DNA of 64,000 nt. Source: Azolla caroliniana. Lineage: Eukaryota; Plantae; Polypodiophyta. Below are positions 13,681 through 24,930 of the stretch, one piece after another. Location of the stretch: the NCBI GenBank assembly GCA_043228905.1, contig JBHGNT010000022.1, forward strand, positions 5,704,001 to 5,768,000, read 5' to 3'. Positions within the stretch are counted from its first letter, which is position 1. Each line of letters opens with the position of its first letter. A model generated the notes under the pieces. It had not been told where the DNA came from and ran no database searches. It saw nothing but the letters and a program-made list of their open reading frames with translations. Position numbers and translations under genes: made by a program.

Positions 13681-13945
13681 ACCGGGTCTTCACCATCCGG
13701 CTCTCCGTAGCCGGGTACTCCTCATCCGGTTCTCACCGGGTCTGCACCATCCGGCTCTCCGTAGCCGAGTACTCCTCATCCGGTTCTCACCGGGTCTACA
13801 CCATCCGGCTCTCCGAAGCCGGGTACTCCTCATCCGGTTCTCACCGGGTCTACACCATCCGGCTCTCCGAAGCCGGGTACTCCTCATCCGGTTCTCACCG
13901 GGTCTGCACCATCCGGCTCTCCGAAGCCGGGTACTCCTCATCCGG
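13681..13945. repeat. 54-bp tandem repeat (~5 copies) in Copia C LTR
   Basis: Unit CCGGTTCTCACCGGGTCTGCACCATCCGGCTCTCCGTAGCCGGGTACTCCTCAT; also at ~24346-24610 and, reversed, ~43148-43420. Confidence 0.9.
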
Positions 13946-14029
13946 TTTCGGCCTCGGCCGAGTTTTCTCATCAGCACTATTCTTCTCCCTTCCCATCTGG
14001 AGGGACCTGTCTCCCAACAAACTCCCCCT

Positions 14030-14645
14030 TCACTCCGGCATGGGGTGTGTTACTAGTCTGATCCGCTTCCGGCATGCATCCAGCTTGTCGGGTATCAGCA
14101 CTTTGGTCAGCATATCTGACCCGTTCTCGGCTGTGTGGATCTTCGTCAACGCAAACTCCTGGTCATCTACTCTTTCCCGGATCCAGTGATACCTTCGTTG
14201 GATATGCTTCGTCCGGGAATGGTAGGCCGCATTCTTATCAAGGTGGATGGCACTTTGATTGTCGCAATAGAGCCGGTATTCATCTTGCCGAATACCGAGC
14301 TCTCCGATGAAGTCCTTCATCCATAATATTTCCTTGCCAGCTTCCACAGCCGCCATGTACTCTGCCTCCATGGTTGACAATGCAACCGTCTTCTGCAACC
14401 TCAACTGCCACGATACAGCTCCCCCTGCATATGTCATTACATACCCGGATGTAGACCGGTTGGTATCCACATCAGCCGACATGTCTAAATCGGTGAAACC
14501 GTCAAGTTGAGGGTCTCCATAGCCAAATCGGAGACACATATTGGTAGTGCCTTTCAAGTACCTGAGTATCCATTTGACCGCGTTCCAGTGCTCCTTGCCG
14601 GGATTGATCATAAACCGGCTCACCACTCCGACTGTGTATCCTATA
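14030..14645 (-). pseudogene. Copia C pol 3' part (RT end, RNase H)
   Basis: HWNAVKWILRYLKGT...STMEAEYMA...YCDNQSAI...RTKHI; joins TRPDI at 20452 across TSD CTATA. Confidence 0.92.
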
Positions 14646-17600
14646 TGTTGAGAGACAAGCTCAACATCGGCCAGATTGGCTGAAGAAGCCGAGGACCGGA
14701 TCGGCTGGGACCGATCGGTTAGGCCGAGTGCGTAAACCGGGAGGTCGTTAGGAAAGATATTCCGTGAGGAATATATTTGGGAGTTAGTGTAGGAGCTCTT
14801 AATGAGCATTGAAGTACTGTCAGTACTTCGCTCAGTCCTTCTAGGACTTGTATAAAAGTGCTCACTGAGCACGTCTTATGTACACAGAGATTGAGTATTA
14901 TTGTAAAATATAGTTTTTTGAGTTTCTCTCTCTGTCTCTCCCGCGTATACCGTGTAAGCTCAAGCTCTCCATTAAACCTGTGTTTCCTTCCTCTGTTCTG
15001 TCTTCATGCCTGCTTCCGCACGCTACTTTCTACATGGTATCAGAGTGCGAGGGTTGAGAACCTCTCTGCAGCCGACACAGCTTGCCGAAGAAGAACAAGA
15101 AGAACGATGGATAGAGGCATGGTGAGCTCGCTTCCAACAGAGAAGCTCGATAGAACCAACTACGCGTCTTGGTCCTACAAGATGCACCAGTACCTGCTCG
15201 GGCATGGCTACTGGAGTTATGTCGAAGGAGCTAATGACGCGGCACCCGAATCGACACACAGAGACTTCCCGTCGTGGGAGCAATCAGCGAGCAGGGTACT
15301 ATACTGCTTCGCGTCGTGTGTGGGCGAACAACTATTGAGCTATGTTCAGGATGCAAAGACACCGAAGGGTGCGTGGGAAAATCTGAAGAAGATTTTCGCC
15401 GCAAGCACCATAGCCAGGAAGCTTCAGCTCCGACAGGAGTTGAGCAACCTACGACAACGCGACTTGTCGGTGGCGGACTATACCTCGAAGATCAAGGATA
15501 TCTACGACTCCCTCGCGTCCATAGAGGTGAACATCGAGGAGAGCAAGATGGTCCAGATCTGTCTCAGAGGTTTGGCATCGATGTTCGGAGCGTTCCGAAC
15601 GGCTATGTGTACCCGGGAGAATACGCCGTCCTTTTTCGACTTACAATCGATGCTCCTGGTAGAGGAGAACCACGCGGGTGCGTCGACAAGCACGCACACC
15701 GACAGCAAGATGTTGTACATGGAGGGAGAAAGGCCACGTGGTCATGGCGGACGAGGCAAGTCGGTACGCAATGGAAGCGGCCGACGAGATTAAGGAAGAA
15801 GGCACCGAAGTGATGCTGACAGCAACTCCGGACCCTTCGGAAACAGGGGGAGTCGAAGCGATGAGAACCGGCAAGGGAAGGCCATTGCGGAGTGCTGGTA
15901 TTGTGGCAAGAAACGCCACAGGGAAAGTGAGTGCTGGAAGAAGCGTGCCGATTCGAAGAGAACTGGTTCCGGGAACGGCTCCAGACATACCGACAAGGGA
16001 AATCGGCAGCGATCACACTACGCCCAAGACTCTGGGAGAGCCGGAGAAGGGACTGCCTTTGTGACGAGACACGAAGCAAACTCAATGAAACAGAGCACCC
16101 CGAGATCGGACGAGGTGTGGTACGTAGACTCCGGCACGTCAAACCACATGACGAGCCATAAGGAGTGGTTCTCGTACCTTGAAAGACCGATACAACCTGG
16201 AGTAGTCGCAACAGGAGACGACACTCCGCATCCGATCGCGAATGTCGGAGAAGTTCCCCTTAGCCATGTTGGGCAGAAAGGGAAACTCATGAACGTGCTG
16301 CACGTTCCGACAATCACGAAGAACTTGGTCTCGGTCGGACAGATCGTCGACCAAGGGATGGAGGTTCGGTTTACACACCTCGGGTGCTTCATTGAGGAAG
16401 AAGGCCGTGTGATTGCCCGAGGGCGCAGAGACGGGAGAATGTTCATCCTCGACTCCACTAACGGCGGCACCGCAATGTTCGCGAAGGGACAAAAGACCGA
16501 GTCGGATCTCGACTTGTGGCACAAGCGGATAGGCCACGTCAACTACCAACGACTTCAAGATCTGCAATCGAAACAGGTAGTGTTCGTATTGCCCAAATTT
16601 AGTGGCCGAAAGGCACAAATTTGTGAAGCCTGCCAGCTCGGGAAGCAACACCGACTTCCCTTCCCCAACGAGCGAAACCGGAGCCGGAACAAGCTCGACC
16701 TTATACACTCCGATGTATGGGGACCGGCACAAAACGTTAGTCTTGGCGGGAGCCGATATTTCGTCTCCTTCATCGACGACCACACGCGGCACACGTGGAT
16801 CTACCTCATTGAGAGGAAAAGCGAAGTCTTCGACTGTTTCCGGGACCTCAAAGGGTTTGTGGAAGCCGAAACGGGACGAAAGATCAAGTGCCTGCGGTCG
16901 GATGGCGGGAAAGAGTACTTTTCCGGTCAATTCAACGGTTACCTACAACAAATGGGAATTCGGCGCGAATTCAGTTGTAGATACACGCCGGAACAGAACG
17001 GCGTGGCCGAGAGGAAGAATCGGTCAATTGTGGAAGCGGCACGGGCAATGCTGGAGGAGAAGAGCTTGCCCAAGTTCTACTGGGCCGAAGCAGTAAGGAC
17101 CGGGATATACATCCAGAACCGGATCGGAGACAAGTGTCAGTGCACGAGCTATATTTCGGAACGAAGCCGAACTTGCGACACTTGAGGGTGTTCAGTAGCA
17201 TTGCGTATGTGCATGTACCGAAGGAGAAGAGGAGGAAGCTAGACGCAAAGGCCGAGAAGTGCATCTTGGTCGGTTACTCGGACGAGCAGAAGGGTTATAA
17301 GTGCTATAACCCTCGCACCAAACAAGCGCGTGTCAGCCGCGACGTTGTGTTTGACGAGTCCGCGTCCTGGTACCTGCCCCCGACTCGGAACCCCGACCCC
17401 AATACGAGTTCTGACGATGAGGTCAATGAGGCCGAGATGCCTCTGGATGAGCCCGAAATCAAGACCCGCGAAGAGAGTCCGATTTCACTCCGGTTAAGTG
17501 GACCGATTGGATGACTGAGTCGGTATGACCAGTCCGATGAGGAGCCGGCGAGTAGTGGAGACTCGGTCGTGCATTCCCCGTGCAGGAAGCCGAGGAGACG

Positions 17601-20451
17601 GCTTACACGCAAAGAGAAAGGGAAGAAGAAGGTGTCGGATTCCGGCACGGATAAGAACGAATCAGACTGACGCGAGTCCGACTCCAAGGGAACCGGTGAC
17701 GGGTCTTTAAAGGTGAAGACTGCGTCGACCGAGAAGGCCTCAACATTGGCTAATGTGAGATTACGCCGATCTACCCGCCAGAAGAACCCAGTTGTGTGGT
17801 TCAGATACAACGAGTACATGGCGCATCATTATGCGTACATGACCCATGTAGCGGAAGTGCATGAGCCGGAGAGCTACGCAGAAGCGGCTAAAGATGCGAA
17901 TTGGCGTGCCGCGATGGAGGAAGAGATGCACGCATTGGCGGAGAACGAGACCTGGGACCTGGTTGATGCACCGAAGGGGGTAAAACCGATCGGGTGTAGG
18001 TGGGTGTACAAGGTCAAGTACAACACCGATGGCTCGGTCAACCGGTACAAGGCTCAGCTAGTGGCAAAGGGCTACGCGCAGAAACACGGCATCGACTACG
18101 ATGAGACGTTTGCGCCGGTCGCGAAAATGACGACCGTCCGTGTTTTGCTCGCAGTAGCCGCGGCCAAGGGGTGGCACTTACATCAGATGGATGTAAAGAA
18201 TGCGTTCCTGCAAGGTGACCTTGAGGAACAGGTGTACATGGTGCAGCCCCCCGGATTTCACTCTGGAACGAACTCCTCGGCAGTATGCCGACTGAAGAAG
18301 TCCCTTTACGGACTGAAGCAAGCCCCGCGTGCCTAGAACGCGAAGATCACGCAACAATTGCGTCGGATGGGCTTCGTCACGTCAAAATCGGACTCTTCCC
18401 TGTTCATCCGGAAAGGTCGACTCGGACCGGTTAGTATTTTACTATATGTTGATGACTTGGTCATCACCGGCGCCGACCTCGGTGAAATCGACCGCGTGAA
18501 ACTCTAGCTTGCGGCATCGTTCAACATGAAGGATCTGGGGGACCTTCATTACTTCCTCAGGATCGAAGTGATCCGTACCACCGAAGGCATATTGATCAGC
18601 CAACGTCATTACGTGCTGAATATGCTCTTCAAACTCAGGATGGCCAACTGTAAGTCCATCTCGACTCCTCTCGACAGAACCATCAAGCTTCGTCCCGATA
18701 CGGGAAAGGTATGCGACCCGATGAGGTTCCGAAAAATTGTCGGAAGCCTCATATACTTGACCATCACCCGACCTGACCTCCGACCTCAGTTATCCGGTCG
18801 GGGTGATCAGTCAGTTCATGGTGTGACCTACCGAGGAGCACCTTCAGTGTGCGCAACGCATACTTCGGTATGTCAACAGCACTAAGGACCGGGGACTGCT
18901 ATATCAGACCGGTGCAGCCGCGCAGTTAGTCGGCTACACTGATGTTGATTGGGCTGGCAACGCCGCCGATCGCCGATCCACGTCTGGATACGCGTTCTCC
19001 CTCAGGAGTGCCGCGATCGCGTGGAGCAGTAAGAAGCAGCCGACAGTTGCACTGTCGAGCACCGAAGCTGAGTACCGAGGAGCGGCTGTCGCGACATGCG
19101 AAGCCATATGGTTGAAGCGGCTACTTAAGGACCTACAAGAGGAGGTGTCAGATCCGACGACGATCTACTGCGATAACCTCAGCAGCATCCAGCTCGCGAA
19201 GAACCCCGTTTTTCACGCATGGACCAAGCACATTGAGGTGCACTACCATTTCGTCCGTGAGCGTGTCCTTTCCGGTGAAGTCGAACTTCAGTACGTGCCG
19301 ACGGATCGGCAGACTGCCGACATCTTCACAAAGCCGCTTGGTCTAGACAAGTTGCGGCAATTCTCAGGTGCGCTCGGGTTGCGTCACCTTGACGTGCCGA
19401 ACTTGAGGGGGAGAACAGTCCCGAACGACCAAGCAAAGCAACAGGAAAGGAGCGGACACCGCGACACCGAGTCGGTTGTCGAGTTCGACATCGGATCGGC
19501 TGAAGAAGCCGAGGGCGGACCCGCAGAAAGGTTCGGAAGCAGACAGAAGGGGGAGAACAGTCCCGAACGACCAAGCAAAGCAACAGGAAAGGAGCGGACA
19601 CCGCGACACCGAGTCGGTTGTCGAGTTTGACATCGGATCGGCTAAAGAAGCCGAGGGCGGACCCGCAGAAAGGTTCGGAAGCAGACAGGAGGGGAGCAGC
19701 CGAAGGAGAGAGCCGAAGCCAACCACGGAGATGACGCCATCGAGGGTGAGAAGACCGAAGACGAGTTGCAAACAGCCAACTCAGACGAGAGCGAAGACCG
19801 ATCGGAGGAAGCCGAGTCGGTTCAGATGTTTGATTCAGACATGCTGAATCAATCGAGGCCCAAGCGGAAGAAAAGGCAGCAGAAGAAGCGTCAACACCGC
19901 AACAACAGAAGAGCTGATGAGGTCCACATGAGCAGACAAGCCGACCAGAAGGGTCGAAGCGCGCGGAGTTGAATAGGTCGAGGAGCGCGAGCGAGGCGAG
20001 AAGCCAGGAGGAACCGGTGCTGTGAAGATCCCAAAGAGCCTCAAGTTGAGCTTGAGGGGGAGTGTTGAGAGACAAGCTCAACATCAGCCAGATCGGCTGA
20101 AGAAGCCGAGAACCGGATCGGCTGGGACCGATCGGTTAGGCCGAGTGAGTAAACCGGGAGGTCGTTAGGAAAGATATTCCGTGAGGAATATATTTGGGAG
20201 TTAGTGTAGGAGCTCTTAATGAGCATTGAAGTATTGTCAGTACTTCGCTCAGTCCTTCTAGGACTTGTATAAAAGTGCTCACTGAGCACGTCTTATGTAC
20301 ACAAAGATTGAGTATTATTGTAAAATATAGTTTTTTGAGTTTCTCTCTCTGTCTCTCCCGCGTATACCGTGTAAGCTCAAGCTCTCCATTAAACCTGTGT
20401 TTCCTTCCTCTGTTCTGTCTTCATACCTGCTTCCGCACGCTACTTTCTACA
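14646..20451 (+). mobile_element. Full-length Copia family A element A2 (innermost of the nest)
   Basis: 389-bp LTRs 14646-15034 and 20063-20451 (~7 substitutions by eye); TSD CTATA; PBS TGGTATCAGAG at 15035; PPT GAGGGGGAG 20054-20062. Confidence 0.97.
15107..19400 (+). pseudogene. Copia A2 gag-pol with stops and frameshifts
   Basis: gag, CWYCGKKRH, protease WYVDSG, integrase [41 protein letters not shown], RNase H YCDNLSSI; stops at ~15791 and ~18334, frameshift at ~17134. Confidence 0.93.
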
Positions 20452-23400
20452 CTATATCCGGTCGGGTACAAACCATTGCGTACATCAAGCTCCCGACGGC
20501 AGAGGCATATGGAAACTTCATCATATCCGCCTTCTCTGCTTTCGTCTTCGGGCTTTGCTTACCGGATAGCCTGCAGTTTTCCGGAAGTGTCGATCCGACC
20601 GGTTTAGCATCTGACATGTTGAACTGCTGAAGCACCTTTGTCACGTATTTCTCCTGTGACAGCCACAGTTGCTTCATTGGCCGGTTCCGGATGATATGCA
20701 TCCCCAACATCTGTCTTGTCGGACCCAAGTCTTTCATTCAGAAGGTCCGGTTGAGAGCTTTCTTCAGCATCCGGATTCTGGCTTGGTCCCGTCCGACGAT
20801 CAACATGTCGTCCACGTACAGAAGGAGTGATCGGCCTGCGTCTTGTGGTACCCTTGATCGGTCATGAAGGAGTCGAACTTCCGGTACCATTGTCGGGGAG
20901 CCTACTTCAGTCCGTACAGGCTCTTCTTCAACCGGCATACTAGGTGCTCCTTCCCTTTCTCCACGAATCCTTCCGGTTGCTGCATGTAGATCTCCTCTTC
21001 GAGGTCGACGTGAAGGAAAGCCGTCTTCACGTCTAGTTGCTCTACCTCGAGGTCCATGCTTGCTGCTATACTCAGCACCGTCCGGATGGAGGTCATCTTT
21101 ACTACCGGGGCAAATATCTCGTCGAAGTCCACGCCCTTCTTCTGCTGGAACCCCTTCACCACGATCTTGGCTTTGTATCTCGGGGGGTTGCTAGCATCTC
21201 CCGGTTTCAACTTGTACACCCACTTGTTTCGGAGTGCCCGCTTTCCTTTCGGCAACTCCACCAATTCGTACATATGGTTCTCATGCAGGGAATCCATCTC
21301 ATCCTGCATGGCACTTAACCATTTTCGGCTGTGGGTGTCATCCTTCGCTTCTTCGAAGCTTTCCGGCTCCCCCTCATCGGTCAGCAGAACATGCTCTGCA
21401 TCCGGAAATCTCCGGGGGGGCCTTCTCTCTCTGAGAGGATATCTCCGTCTTCGGGCTTCAGTAACCGGCTCCTCCATTTGCTCTTCATCCGAATCCGATT
21501 CGGGGTCTTGGCCAGTTCCGGTTTCAGCTTCCTCTACTTCTTCTTTAGCCTGTTCGGTATCCTCACCGTAACCGGCTGGTCCCTCGAGTGCTAACCGGTC
21601 TCTTGTCGGTTGGGTTTGCTCATCGTAGAATCGATCCTTACCGGTCGACTCGGAGTTCATTATCTTCTTCTCCGACTCCCAGTCGTCGAGCGTCTTATCC
21701 TCCATGAAGATAATATCTCGACTCCGGAATACCTTCTTGTCAACAAGGTCCCACACTCGGTAGCCGAACTCATTGTCGCCGTAACCGAGGAATATGCATG
21801 GTCGGGTCTTTAGATCTAACTTTCCTCTCCGGTCCTTAGCTACATGCACGTATGCGAGACACCCGAACACCTTTAGATGCCGGTAGGATACTTCCTTACC
21901 GGTCCATACTCTCTGTGGCGTGTCTCCGTCCAAGGGTACTGAGGGTGATCTGTTTATCACATATGTCGCCATCGACAGTGCCTTAGCCCAAAACTTCTTG
22001 GGTAGTTTTGCATGCACTAGCATACTCCGGACCCTCTCCATTATGGTCCGGTTCATCCTCTCGGCTAGCCCGTTTAGTTCCGGCATCTTCGGCACGGTAA
22101 ATTCGAGCCGGATTCCCTTCGAGCGGTAGTACTCCTCGAACTGCCCTCGGTATTCACCTCCGTTATCTGCTCGAACCGCCTTCAGCTTCCGGCCGGTTTC
22201 TCTTTCCACTCTCGCATGGAGCTCTTTGAAGACGGATAGCACCTGATCCTTCGTCTTCAACGGTGTGGCCCATAGCTTCCGGCTGAGGTCATCTATGAAC
22301 TTCACGAAGTACTGCGATCCTACATGTGACTTCGTGTCCACTTGACACACGTCAGTATGCACCAACTCCAGTGGTGCATTACATCTCATCGGTGGCCTTG
22401 GTCGGAAGGAGGTTCGGTTTTGTTTACCGGCCAGACAATCAGTGCACGTTCTTCATTGGAATGAGGTTGTCGTCTGCAAGCCTTTTCATCCCCTTCTCGC
22501 TCATGTGACACAGCCTTTTGTGCCACAGCTCACCGGCAGTGTCGGATGCCACGTTCACTTCCTCCGGACATAACTGAGCATTCATCAGGTACAACGTGTT
22601 GACCTTCCGGGCCCGAGCCACAATCAGGCTCCCTTTGTTGAGCTTCATAACACCGTTCCGGATGCTACCCGTGTAGCCTTCATCATCTATCCGATCGGCT
22701 GATATCAGGTTCAGACGAACCTCCGGAACGTGTCAGACATCCTTCAAAAGAAACTTGCATCCGGTTGGTGTTGTCAGCCACACGTCTCCTATGCTGACAA
22801 TTCGGCATGTACCTTCATTCCCCATCGAACACAGCCGTGATCACCGGCTGAGTAGGATGAGAAGCATTTCCGGTCCGAGGTAAGGTGGAACGACGCTCCA
22901 GAGTCTACCACCCAGGTCATCTCGTCGCCGGCAAGGTTTATCTCACTCTCCTCGGTGATGAGCATCAACTCTTCTTCACTTGCCGCGATTGCCGTCGTTC
23001 CCTTCCAGTCCGGCCCCCTCCGGTCTTTACCGTTCCGGTCCGGGGTCCGCTTCGAATCGGTACCGTCGGTTTCCTTGTCTTTTCGGAAATGCCGACAGTT
23101 CTTTTGGAAGTGTCCCGGCTTGCCGCAATAGAAGCAAGTAGGCCTCCCCCTTGACTTTGACCGTGTCCCCGACTTCTCCCGGTTCTAGGGACTACGGTTT
23201 CTATGTCTTCCGCATTCCGATTCGGTAAGGAGCGCTTTGGAGTCGGAGCTCGTATCCTTATCTTTCTGACGCGCCTCCTCATCTAGCAAGCTCGACTTCA
23301 CTCTTGCTAGGGATAACCGTTTTCCTTCCGGCCCAGCGTTGCCCAAAGTGACAACCAACGTCTCCCAGCTATCCGGGAGGGAACCGAGCAGGAGTAGCGC

Positions 23401-23829
23401 TAGTACCTCATCAGCGAGAGGTACTTCCAATGATGTTGCTTGGTGGATCAGCCCCTGGAAGGCATTCATGTGCTCCGCCATGCTAGAGCCATCTTGGTAC
23501 CGGAGTCTTACTAGCTTCTGGAATACTGAAACCTGATTAACAGCATTTTTGTTCTGAAACATAATGCCGATCTTCTCCCAGATCTCATGAGCCTTGCTCT
23601 CTTCATTGAAGTTGTTGTATAGGCTCATGTCGATGAAGCACCGTATGTAAGCCGTTGTTTTCATGTGCATCACCTCTCATATCGTGGCGTCGATTTTGTC
23701 CGGTCTCTTGTCCCCAAACTGAACCGGCAGCCAAAGGTCTTTAACCACGAGCATGTCCCTCATCTTCGACTTCCACACCAAATAGTTGGAGCCAGTGAGC
23801 TTGAACATCCCTCCCAATGAATCATCCAT
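20452..23829 (-). pseudogene. Copia C gag-pol 5' part (gag, PR, INT, RT)
   Basis: MDDSLGGMFKLTGSNYLVW; WVVDSGASFH; LELVHTDVC; RADNGGEY; QLDVKTAFL; LLYVDDML; several stops, frameshifts and a small RT deletion at ~20830. Confidence 0.93.
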
Positions 23830-24930
23830 TTTCTGTGTTGTTTTGCTCTGATACCACTTCACGAGAACTACACGTCCGCTATGCGCAACGCTCGGCCACA
23901 ACCGAGCTTAGAATCATACACAAAAAAAATCAGGAATGAATGCATGACACAGTGAAGAGAAGAGTACACAGGATGTTTACGTGGAAAACCCAAACTAGGA
24001 AAAAACCACGGCAACCCACAGGCCGCTAACTATCACTATGTTATAGTGTACAACAGTAAAGCACCGAGCCAACAACCTCGAGCTTTCTATCTTCGCCACA
24101 GGCGGCGGTTACAACAGAGGCAACGACCTCTTCCTCTCTCTCTCTCTCTCTCTTTCTATACACATTTACACGCTCTGATCTCTTTCGCCAACAAGACTGA
24201 CAACAACACTCTACATCACACCCAATAAGTTTGCCCTAAGTCATATTTATACTAATATGACTTTTCGGCTATTTACAAATATAGCCTCGATGGACTCTTA
24301 GAAACATATTTACGAATATGTCTCTTCATCCGGTGAGCACTCCTCACCGGGTCTTCACCATCCAGCTCTCTGTAGCCAGGTACTCCTCATCCGGTTCTCA
24401 TCGGGTCTGCACCATCCGGCTCTCCGTAGCCGGGTACTCCTCATTCGGTTCTCACCGGGTCTGCACCATCCGGCTCTCCGAAGTCGGGTACTCCTCATCT
24501 GGTTCTCACCGGGTCTACACCATCCGGCTCTCCAAAGTCGGGTACTCCTCATCCGGTTCTCACCGGGTCTGCACCATCCGGCTCTCCGAAGCCGGGTACA
24601 CCTCATCCAATTTCGGCCTTGGCCGAGTTTGCTCATCAGCACTGTTCTTCTCCCTTCCCATCTGGAGGGACCTGTCTCCCAACAATGACCTCGCCTAGGC
24701 TCTGGATATCTCTCCTGCCAAGGTACGTAGACCTCGATTTATATACTTTTTCTTCTTCATCCAAAGCCGAGCAGTCGGCTGACTGTGAGGCTCGAAACTC
24801 GGCATTTACCTAACTCTACCTTTCCTACTCGCTTTACCTACTCGCCTTATTACATTTGACTAATTTATATTTTTGGCACATGGACAACATGAAATACAGA
24901 GATAGAGAAATACAAAGATAGAGGAGACGA

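Larger units (their letters stand above)
13195..24684 (-). mobile_element. Full-length, disrupted Copia family C element
   Basis: LTRs 23859-24684 and 13195-14019; TSD ATGAC (13190-13194, 24685-24689); PBS TGGTATCAGAGC (23845-23856, tRNA-iMet); PPT 14020-14030; domain order gag-PR-INT-RT-RH. Confidence 0.95.
12908..24889 (-). mobile_element. Solo LTR (~490 bp: 12908-13194 plus 24690-24889) interrupted by Copia C
   Basis: TG...CA ends flanked by TSD TGAAA (12903-12907, 24890-24894); minus-strand TATATAAAT near 24740; no coding sequence. Confidence 0.75.

Noticed and set aside
13681-13945. Regular 54-bp repeats as a CRISPR array or repeat-protein gene
   Set aside because: Units are contiguous with no unique spacers, sit inside LTRs, and the ORFs arise because 54 is a multiple of 3.
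16139-16930. 263-aa antisense ORF
   Set aside because: Shadow frame of the Copia A2 pol.
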